NCBI GenBank assembly: GCA_041746255.1
Contig: JBGTHM010000032.1
Span: 61,614-125,613 of the forward strand
Length of the DNA: 64,000 bases
Direction: 5' to 3'
Source of the DNA: Fibrobacteria bacterium
GTDB lineage: Bacteria > Fibrobacterota > Fibrobacteria > UBA11236
Under the pieces are notes generated by a model. That model was not told where the DNA came from and did not search any database. It saw only the letters and a program-made list of their open reading frames with translations. A program made the translations under genes and the position numbers. Within the stretch, counting starts at the first letter, position 1. Every line of letters begins with the position of its first letter. Below are positions 48,901 through 56,238 of the stretch, piece after piece.

Positions 48901-50554
48901 AGTGCTTTCGCGTCACATCGAAGCCGGCATCCGTAATGCGGGCAATGTGCCGTTAAACATCAATTCAGTGCGAACCGGCCAGAATAATGAAGTGTGGATG
49001 CGGCTGCTGCTGGAATGGCCCGAAGGAGGTATACTCAGAAGCCTGCTCATCGATAAATCCACCCATGTCAATACCATTTCGATGGCCAATCCGTTGCAAG
49101 TCGATCCCGGGGGGATTTTCAAGCTTTCCTTCCTTTTCTTCGTCGATTCGCTCCGGGGCGATTCGGTACTAACCGACACGTTGTATTTGGGAACCAACGA
49201 TCCTTCGCAACCCGTGGTCGCCATTCCTTTCCGTTTGATACATCGCGATCTCCCGCTATTCAGCATGAACCTGGGCGGAAGCTCGGGTACGCCAAGTTTT
49301 CACAGGCCAACCTCCGGATTCAACGATAAAGCGATCCCCGCCTTCATTCCCGCCAGAACCCGCTTGGCCTTCAATTTCACCGAACCGGTAGTAGCAAATC
49401 AGGTAGACCAGCGTATTCGCATCTATTCGGTGCTGGATTCCTTGGCCAATCCCACCGGCTTCAGGTATATACCCGGGGACTTTACCCTGCTCCGGCATGC
49501 CGCACCGCTCGCCAAGGCGAACCTGCCGGTAACTGCAGGACGTACTTTCGCTCCCGGCGATACGCTGGCGGATCAGATTCTGTTCGCCCCCCGCTACCAA
49601 CTTCCCTCCGATTCTCTCGGAGTCATTCCACCTCCAGGGTATTTCATCCAGGGAGATTTGCTGCGGGTCAGGGTTTCCAACGCCTTCACCGATGCCGCGG
49701 GGAACGCGCTGGACATGCGCTTGGACCGGGAGGTACTCGCGCCCGGAGCCTTCGATACCTTGTTTACCTTGCAAGTGGATACCTCCGTTTTCAAGGTGGT
49801 GGAAACCCAGCCTTTTGAGGGACAGTCGGATTGGGATTCTTTCGCGCCCATCCGTATTCGCTTCAACGCACCCTTGGCACGCAACGCGGACGCGGACGGA
49901 AGAGGTTCGTTACCCATCGATATCCGGACGCTTCACGGCGATTCCAACAGTTTTTTACGCGTTACTTCGACGGCGGTGGGGGGTAAAGCGCATAATTTCC
50001 GCTTCCTGGCCTTGGAAAGAGGTGATTCCGTGCTCACATGGCAAACCTTCCCTTCTTTGGGCGGCGAGGACACGGTTACCGTGAGAGTATCCGCCAAGGT
50101 ACTGGATAGAGATGGCCGCAGCTTGGACGGCAATGGGGACGGCCTTTCCGGTTACCTGTATAATCCTCTCGATACGACCGATTTCTTTTCCTTCACTTTT
50201 ATCACCGGAAAACAGGATTTTTACCTCTTCCCGAATCCCTATCGCTTTTCAGATTTTCGCCATCTGGAAAAAGGCGGAATCACCTTTAAAAATATCCACC
50301 AATTGCGGGGTTATACGCGGGAAAATCCGGTTATCCTGCGTATTCATGGCATGACCGGTGATTTGTTGTACTCCTCCGACGGCAAGGGATCGGCTCGACC
50401 GGGAGCCTCTCGCAGCGCCAAAGGAATTACCCAATTGGATTGGGATTTAAAAAATACCCATGGAAATACACTCGCAACCGGGATTTACCTCTATACGCTT
50501 ACCTTGGGCGAAGATAGGCTCTTGCACAAGGGAAAGGTGGCCTTGATCCGCTGA
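45980..50554 (+). CDS. Large secreted multi-Ig-like-domain protein with T9SS type-A-like/FlgD-Ig C-terminal domain
   Basis: Signal peptide; FNFTEPV, TDAAGNAL, IRFNAPL, DRDGRSLDGNGDG; C-terminus YLFPNP...WDLKN..GNTLATGIYLY...GKVALIR. Confidence 0.78.
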   Translation: MTGYYRAARPRSGAMAALGLSLACIFTPYALEYNVTNFSADYAGGVGDTLHLNREWGDSLFLAPESRNLVHVLTRVLNNGTGFNGNSGSSPVISYAGQGLFSVVYLAWQTAHQNGLGTPPTRPNLVRQSLSMGEETYVFNGTGEILASQETRDTTACIFYACFDPKPTPHYLNYAARGQKYAAYWGTREIFGPYRRASLAADNIAWKRYIPPHDPIKTGGFGQISAVARPGPGSFRTAMAYETSYSPPTVEIRWEDLDAATTDTVRFIRPNQPRDFAVALDSAGNALVLWRQLDTLWAVAYNEARVQIVPPVALDTGITFKDAVTDHQYRPYGIKATVNGRFVLTFAKNNRVFYRLIDIPHGSLAYSLGAPQGLSDASHTAFFPDLDVNQEQIVFAWFRHKTAANHSMDAALFSHAGGTLNPASRIDFDLAKDTIGFTEVGAAWYPWHYFKSASVAIDDKGNIAAAYDDGFSAKVALNWHQPIYFDSGLFVSRAISVENPAVGVAFDPALDSVEFKQVIPNGTLLEYVEVSLGTSVSPAFTGTEVFQTTQTPFRSNGGYFKYRVVLRPQAPGKFLTSRLRSLDVRYNVKPRPPTIDSLSVGQTPLAPFNSSVTPLIAARRDSLRLSFSGLDLDDGDSLVFVVEMAGVEISRNTVKTKIAPGRYRYAMAFLPPDTVGSAIPITVRTQDAAGWWSSSTLLPVNMVNPPPSDSTLILRHRHGETEIGYGLLPGPQDTLQLQSGDPLTLFKGDTATLRIFFADENDDNLRLVRLRNGSVLESVNVPSNQFLEFILAAEQAPRAVDTLVFRAVDGNDSTEYSLRLRSNHLPRLDSIRVLEYQTPQGPVNPAFAKAVPGDTGLWIPASFPASLRGYFSDPDEVTSASLQLRWRVLRQGPGCDESDPACHSVGLETTGALFDHTFATGENYVELRVTDALGAYIEERFRLMYPKLDTSASTGFKASLSSLQEDLDFVLDSKVLSRHIEAGIRNAGNVPLNINSVRTGQNNEVWMRLLLEWPEGGILRSLLIDKSTHVNTISMANPLQVDPGGIFKLSFLFFVDSLRGDSVLTDTLYLGTNDPSQPVVAIPFRLIHRDLPLFSMNLGGSSGTPSFHRPTSGFNDKAIPAFIPARTRLAFNFTEPVVANQVDQRIRIYSVLDSLANPTGFRYIPGDFTLLRHAAPLAKANLPVTAGRTFAPGDTLADQILFAPRYQLPSDSLGVIPPPGYFIQGDLLRVRVSNAFTDAAGNALDMRLDREVLAPGAFDTLFTLQVDTSVFKVVETQPFEGQSDWDSFAPIRIRFNAPLARNADADGRGSLPIDIRTLHGDSNSFLRVTSTAVGGKAHNFRFLALERGDSVLTWQTFPSLGGEDTVTVRVSAKVLDRDGRSLDGNGDGLSGYLYNPLDTTDFFSFTFITGKQDFYLFPNPYRFSDFRHLEKGGITFKNIHQLRGYTRENPVILRIHGMTGDLLYSSDGKGSARPGASRSAKGITQLDWDLKNTHGNTLATGIYLYTLTLGEDRLLHKGKVALIR

Positions 50555-50698
50555 AATGTGGAAATTGATGCCTAAAGGCATCTGTTAAGCCCCTGCGATG
50601 GGGAATTGAGTTACCTTTACCACCCAAATTAATACTTTAATGCCGGCGGCTTCTGCGAAGTCGCTTATGCCAAACCCGTTCCAAAGGGTTCATCCAAT

Positions 50699-53524
50699 AT
50701 GATTTTGAACGTAATTCTGACAAAACTTTTCGGCACCTCCCATGAACGGGAGGTCAAACGGCTTTTACCTACGGTGGAAGCCATCAATGCCTTGGGCGCC
50801 CAGTTTGAGGTGCTTGACGATGCCGATCTGGCCGCCAAGACGCAAGATTTCCGGGCGCGGCTACAGGATGGGCAAACCCTCGATGACCTGCTGAACGAAG
50901 CCTTCGCCGTTTGCCGTGAAGCCAATGATCGCCGGCTGGGCATGCTCAATGTCCTGGACGAGCAGTACGGGTTCGATCTGACCCAATTGAGCGAGGCATC
51001 CCAACTCCTGGTCAAGGATGCTCGCACCAAGCTGACGGAAGAAACTCCCGTTTACACCCTGCATTTTCCCGCTTCCTTCTATGCGGAAATCCGCACCCTC
51101 ATTCCCGAAAGCCGTTTTCCTTTCCGATATCGTCCTTTCGATGTGCAACTATTGGGAGGCATGGTCCTGCATCACGGTAAAATCGCGGAAATGAAAACCG
51201 GCGAAGGTAAAACCATGGTGGCCACCCTGCCCGCCTATCTCAATGCCTTATCGGGTAAAGGGGTGCATGTGGTGACTGTGAACGATTACCTGGCGCGCCG
51301 CGATGCCGATACCATGGCCAAAGTGTATCGCTTTCTCGGCCTTACGGTGGGAGTCATTGTACACGGCCTGAACGAAAGAGAACGTCGCGAAAATTATTCC
51401 GCCGACGTCACTTATGGTACCAATAATGAATTCGGTTTCGATTATCTGCGCGACAACATGGCCCATCATTTCGACGATTGCGTGCAGCGCGAGCTCAATT
51501 TCGCCATTGTGGACGAAGTGGACAGCATTCTTATCGACGAGGCGCGAACGCCGCTTATCATTTCAGGCCCGGCGGCCGAGTCCACCGACAAATACCTGCG
51601 CGCCAACAACGTGGTCAAGTTCCTGAAAAAAGACACGCATTACACCCTCGATGAAAAAGAGAAACATGTCTCGCTCAATGAAGAAGGTGTGAATACCTGC
51701 GAAGCCCAACTCGGGCTTGAGAATCTTTACGGAGATCTCAATACCGAATGGGTGCACCATATCAGCCAGGCGCTTAAAGCCAACGTAATGTTCAAGAAGG
51801 ACGTGGACTACGTTGTGAAGAACCAGCAAGTGGTCATCGTGGATGAGTTCACGGGCCGCCTGATGGAAGGGCGCCGCTATTCCGAAGGTCTGCATCAGGC
51901 CATTGAGGCCAAAGAAGGCGTGCCCATCGCGCGGGAAAACCAGACGCTGGCCACCATCACCTTTCAGAACTATTTCAGGCTCTATACCAAATTGGCCGGC
52001 ATGACGGGCACGGCGGACACCGAAGCTACCGAGTTCGGCCAGATCTACAAGCTGAAAGTAGTGGCCATTCCCACCAATAAGCCCATGATACGCGCGGATC
52101 AGCATGACGTGGTGTATAAGACCCGCGCAGAGAAGGTGCAAGCCATCGTTGCGGACATCAAAGAAAGAAACGCCAAGGGTCAGCCCATCCTGGTAGGAAC
52201 CGTTTCCATCGAGAAATCGGAGGAATTGAGTTCTTTCCTCAAGCGGGAAGGCGTCGAGCACGATGTTCTGAACGCCAAACAACATGAACGCGAAGCCCAC
52301 ATCATCGAAAACGCGGGCAAGCTGGGCAAGGTTTCCCTGGCCACCAATATGGCCGGCCGAGGCACGGATATCCAACTGGGGCCGGGAGTCCTGGAAGTCG
52401 GCGGCCTCTACGTACTGGGTACTGAGCGGCACGAAAGCCGACGTATCGATAATCAGCTTCGCGGCCGCGCAGGACGCCAGGGCGATCCCGGCGCATCGCA
52501 ATTCTATCTCTCACTCGAAGACGACTTGATGCGCATTTTCGGTTCCGACCGCATTTCGCGCATCATGGATAGAATGGGTGTGGAAGAAGGCGAAGTCATC
52601 AGCCACCCGCTGGTGAACCGGGCGATTGAAACCGCCCAGAAACGGGTCGAAGGCCAGAACTACGAAGTCCGCAAGCATCTGCTGGAATACGACGATGTGA
52701 TGAACCGGCAGCGTACGGTGATTTACGGATTGCGACGGCGTATCCTCAAAGGAGAGGAAATCAAGGACGAGATTATCGCCCGCATGGAAGACGCCGTCGA
52801 TTTGATCGTCTCGCAATATGCGGTGACGGGCAATTATCCGGAAAACTGGGAACTCGAAAACATGTACGGCGAAATCAAACGTGCTTTCGACGTCGAATAT
52901 AAGATTCCTGAAGAAGGGCTATCTTCGCAAACGGCGGAGGCAACGGTGGACGAGGTTGCGGCCCTCGCCCGCGAAAATTACGAGCGAATCGAAAAAGACA
53001 TCGGGTCGGAGCAACTGCGCGAAATCGAGCGCCAGGTGCTGCTTTCGGTCATAGACCATATCTGGCGCGAACACCTCTACGCCATGGATCACCTTCGCGA
53101 TGCAACCCGCTTCCGAGGCTACGCGCAGAGAGATCCCTTGCAGGAATACAAAAAAGAGGGTTTCGCCCTTTTCGGCACCACCCTGGATCGCATCGCTCTC
53201 GAAGTAGCCCAACGCATTTTGCACATCGATCCCGATTTCATCCGCCGTCAACAGGAAGCCATGGTGCGTGCTCGCGAGCTCGAACTATTGCGTCGACGTC
53301 AGGCGCAACTTTCCGGGCCTTCCATGGATAACCAGTCCGGGGCTCTATCGGGAACAATCATGTCCCCAGGCGCGCCTAATTCCACCGGAATTCCCGGAAC
53401 TTCTGGGCAGCGTGCTCAGGCTCGCTCCGCCAATCCGACGGTGATGAAAACCGTGGGTCGAAACGATGCATGTCCCTGCGGTAGCGGCAAAAAATTCAAG
53501 AAATGCCATGGCGTGGGTGCCTGA
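50699..53524 (+). CDS. secA: Preprotein translocase ATPase SecA
   Basis: MKTGEGKT, VTVNDYLA, DEVDSILIDEARTPLIISG, ATNMAGRGTDI, C-terminal GRNDACPCGSGKKFKKCHG. Confidence 0.98.
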   Translation: MILNVILTKLFGTSHEREVKRLLPTVEAINALGAQFEVLDDADLAAKTQDFRARLQDGQTLDDLLNEAFAVCREANDRRLGMLNVLDEQYGFDLTQLSEASQLLVKDARTKLTEETPVYTLHFPASFYAEIRTLIPESRFPFRYRPFDVQLLGGMVLHHGKIAEMKTGEGKTMVATLPAYLNALSGKGVHVVTVNDYLARRDADTMAKVYRFLGLTVGVIVHGLNERERRENYSADVTYGTNNEFGFDYLRDNMAHHFDDCVQRELNFAIVDEVDSILIDEARTPLIISGPAAESTDKYLRANNVVKFLKKDTHYTLDEKEKHVSLNEEGVNTCEAQLGLENLYGDLNTEWVHHISQALKANVMFKKDVDYVVKNQQVVIVDEFTGRLMEGRRYSEGLHQAIEAKEGVPIARENQTLATITFQNYFRLYTKLAGMTGTADTEATEFGQIYKLKVVAIPTNKPMIRADQHDVVYKTRAEKVQAIVADIKERNAKGQPILVGTVSIEKSEELSSFLKREGVEHDVLNAKQHEREAHIIENAGKLGKVSLATNMAGRGTDIQLGPGVLEVGGLYVLGTERHESRRIDNQLRGRAGRQGDPGASQFYLSLEDDLMRIFGSDRISRIMDRMGVEEGEVISHPLVNRAIETAQKRVEGQNYEVRKHLLEYDDVMNRQRTVIYGLRRRILKGEEIKDEIIARMEDAVDLIVSQYAVTGNYPENWELENMYGEIKRAFDVEYKIPEEGLSSQTAEATVDEVAALARENYERIEKDIGSEQLREIERQVLLSVIDHIWREHLYAMDHLRDATRFRGYAQRDPLQEYKKEGFALFGTTLDRIALEVAQRILHIDPDFIRRQQEAMVRARELELLRRRQAQLSGPSMDNQSGALSGTIMSPGAPNSTGIPGTSGQRAQARSANPTVMKTVGRNDACPCGSGKKFKKCHGVGA

Positions 53525-54184
53525 ATGGCCTTGCCTACCTGCGCGCCCCGGGCTTTTTTTTCATTGGAAGGCTTAGACGGCAGCGGTAAAAGCACCCAGC
53601 TTACTCTGCTCGAATCGGCGCTTCGCGGTGAGGGACACCAAACCTTGAGCGTGCGCGAGCCGGGTGGCACCGCCCTTTCCACGCGTATTCGGGAAATATT
53701 GTTGGCGCCGGAGCATGGGGAAATGGCGCCCATGACTGAACTTCTGCTTTATTCGGCCGCCCGGGCGCAGTTGGTGCATGAAATTATCTCCCCCTCCTTG
53801 CGGGCCGGCTCGGTGGTTTTGGCCGATCGCTTCGGTTGGTCCACGCTTGCCTATCAGGGCTACGGGCGTGGCATGGACCGGGCCGTTATCGATTCGTTAC
53901 TCCAGGCCGCTTGCGGTGATGTCTGGCCCTTGCATAGCTTCCTTTTGGATATTCCCCCCTCGAGCATGCGGGACAGATTGGCGGCCGAGGGGCGCAATCT
54001 CGACCGAATGGAAAACGAAAACCTGGAATTTTACGGTAGGGTCCGGGAGGGCTATCTCGCCTTGGCGCGGGAAAACCCCGGCTCCTTCACGGTTCTGGAC
54101 GCCCGGCAAGATCGGGAATTCTTGCATCAAACCATCCTGAGCGGCGTTCGAGATTGCTTACGAGCGGTGAAAAAGGAAATTTAA
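53525..54184 (+). CDS. tmk: Thymidylate kinase
   Basis: EGLDGSGKSTQ, REPGGT, DRF..STLAYQGYGRG. Confidence 0.95.
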   Translation: MALPTCAPRAFFSLEGLDGSGKSTQLTLLESALRGEGHQTLSVREPGGTALSTRIREILLAPEHGEMAPMTELLLYSAARAQLVHEIISPSLRAGSVVLADRFGWSTLAYQGYGRGMDRAVIDSLLQAACGDVWPLHSFLLDIPPSSMRDRLAAEGRNLDRMENENLEFYGRVREGYLALARENPGSFTVLDARQDREFLHQTILSGVRDCLRAVKKEI

Positions 54185-54254
54185 GAGAAAATTTCATAAG
54201 ATATAATGGCTGGTGAACCGCTTGAAGCTTTTCGATCGGGAATGAGGAGTGTCC

Positions 54255-55964
54255 ATGGAAAACAACAAGGGAAAAGTCTTCTATCTCAGCGTATTTGCCC
54301 TGATTGTCGGTTTCGGGGTGATTGGAACGCGCGTTCAAGCGGGAGGCGAGAGGTTTTATTCCGACCTCATCCGTCTCGACAAAGTCGTCACCAAAATCAA
54401 CGAGCATTATGTCGAAGACGTCACCTCCTCGGAACTGGTGGATGCGGCTATCGACGGCATCCGGGGGATACTCGACCCGCATACCGCCTATTTTACGCCC
54501 AAGGATTACGAAGATCTGAAAGTGAATACCGAAGGCGAATTCGGCGGACTCGGCATACAAATCGGGATTCGGGATAAAATCCTTACCGTCATCTCGCCAT
54601 TGCAGGGAACGCCCGCGCATCGCATGGGGCTCCAGTCCGGTGATAAAATCATCCGCATCGACACTACCAGTACGCAGGGAATAACCATCGACGAGGCGGT
54701 GGAGAAATTGCGTGGAAGGCCGGGAACTTCGGTACGCATCCGGGTCAGCCGCCAGAGCCAACTCGAACCCATGGATTTCACCATCGTTCGCGAAGTGATT
54801 AAAATTGAAAGTGTTCCCTACGCGGCCATGCTCAACGATACGGTGGCGTATGTCAAGATCACCCAATTCGCCAAATCCACTTCCGACGATTTGGAAGCGA
54901 AAATCAAGGAATTGCAAAAGAAGCATGCTCCCAAGGCGTTGATTCTCGACCTTCGCGTGAATCCCGGAGGATTATTGAATCAGGCCATCTCGGTTTCGGA
55001 ACTCTTCCTCGAGAAGGGCCAGAAAATCGTATACACCCAAGGACGGGTCCGGTCGCAGAACCAGGAATACGTCAGCAAACGCAAACCCCTCTGGACGGAA
55101 AAGGTGGTGGTATTGGTCAATGAAAATTCTGCATCCGCTTCGGAAATCGTCGCCGGCGCCATCCAGGATTGGGACCGTGGCTTGATATTGGGTGAAACCA
55201 CCTTCGGCAAAGGCTCGGTGCAGACCATTCTCCCTCTGGATGGGCAGCAAAACACCTTAAAGCTTACTACGGCCTACTATTATACCCCGGCTGGACGTAA
55301 CATCAACAAACCGGAAAACGGGGTGCGTATCCACAACGGTGATGATAGCACGAAGAGCACGGATACCGCTTTCTTTTTCACCAAGGCCGGTCGCAAGGTT
55401 TTGGCCAAAGGCGGTATTACGCCGGACATCCGGGTAAAAGGACGGACCTACAACCGATTCACCCAGGAATTACTGCGCCATACCCTTTTCTTCAATTATG
55501 TGATTAAACATCGAGACACGATGACCCAAGGGGTCAAAATAACTCCCGATTTCGTAATCACTCCGGCCATAGTGGCCGATTTCCGCCGCTTCATCTTCGC
55601 CGATAGCGCTTTTTCCCGTTACAAAACCGGTCCTTTGTTGGCATTGGAAAATTTCCACTCCGTGCTAAAACGTGAGAAGGCGGAAAAGCCGGAGGATACG
55701 TTAAAAGTGGATATGGGGAAAGAGGTGGCTGCGGCTTTGACGGAATTGGAGAAACAGCTCAAGCTCGATGGAGCGAAGGAATTCGAGAAGAACCTGGATT
55801 TCATCCGGTATCAACTCAAGGCGGAATTACTCAGCGCCGTTCTGGGCGAGGACGCTCGCACGGCTTTTGAGTTGAAGAATGACGAACAGGTTCAGACCGC
55901 GACACGCTACCTTCTCGATCCGAAACGCTATACCCAGGCATTGTCCAAGGGGAATAAAGGCTGA
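54255..55964 (+). CDS. ctpA: Carboxy-terminal processing protease (S41, CtpA/Prc)
   Basis: LDPHT, GEFGGLGI, PDZ, DLRVNPGGLL, SASASEI, FGKGSVQ; GAGGAG SD. Confidence 0.92.
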   Translation: MENNKGKVFYLSVFALIVGFGVIGTRVQAGGERFYSDLIRLDKVVTKINEHYVEDVTSSELVDAAIDGIRGILDPHTAYFTPKDYEDLKVNTEGEFGGLGIQIGIRDKILTVISPLQGTPAHRMGLQSGDKIIRIDTTSTQGITIDEAVEKLRGRPGTSVRIRVSRQSQLEPMDFTIVREVIKIESVPYAAMLNDTVAYVKITQFAKSTSDDLEAKIKELQKKHAPKALILDLRVNPGGLLNQAISVSELFLEKGQKIVYTQGRVRSQNQEYVSKRKPLWTEKVVVLVNENSASASEIVAGAIQDWDRGLILGETTFGKGSVQTILPLDGQQNTLKLTTAYYYTPAGRNINKPENGVRIHNGDDSTKSTDTAFFFTKAGRKVLAKGGITPDIRVKGRTYNRFTQELLRHTLFFNYVIKHRDTMTQGVKITPDFVITPAIVADFRRFIFADSAFSRYKTGPLLALENFHSVLKREKAEKPEDTLKVDMGKEVAAALTELEKQLKLDGAKEFEKNLDFIRYQLKAELLSAVLGEDARTAFELKNDEQVQTATRYLLDPKRYTQALSKGNKG

Positions 55965-55981
55965 GCGTACGTTTTTCCCGA

Positions 55982-56161
55982 CTATTCCAGGGTACGTTCG
56001 AAGTACAGGCAAACCGACTCGAAAAGCCGATCGGGCTCGGCTTTTAAAAATACCCATCCCTCATTCCACCATTTTTCCACTTCGGATTGTATGGCTTCCG
56101 CGGTAGCTTCCGGTTCCCAGTCCGGAGAGAGGCTGAGAATGAATTCCCGTCTTTCCTTCAC
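55982..56161 (-). CDS. Small 59-aa protein missed by the ORF track
   Basis: GTG start, MKERREFILSLSPDWEPEATAEAIQSEVEKWWNEGWVFLKAEPDRLFESVCLYFERTLE; TATAAT 6 nt upstream. Confidence 0.6.
   Translation of the reverse strand: MKERREFILSLSPDWEPEATAEAIQSEVEKWWNEGWVFLKAEPDRLFESVCLYFERTLE
56022..56045 (+). terminator. Candidate intrinsic terminator for ctpA
   Basis: AAAAGCCGA-TCGGGC-TCGGCTTTT perfect 9-bp inverted repeat 57 nt after the ctpA stop. Confidence 0.5.
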
Positions 56162-56238
56162 GGGAGAATTATATCCTGAAGCCCGACCCAGATGCCAGTA
56201 ATCCGGCGTTCCTGTGATGAAATAACCGTGCTGAAGGG

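Noticed and set aside
51563..52501. Long antisense ORFs (312 aa here; also 22810-23724, 9580-10473, 54087-54926)
   Set aside because: Shadows of well-supported genes on the opposite strand in GC-rich DNA; no recognisable motifs
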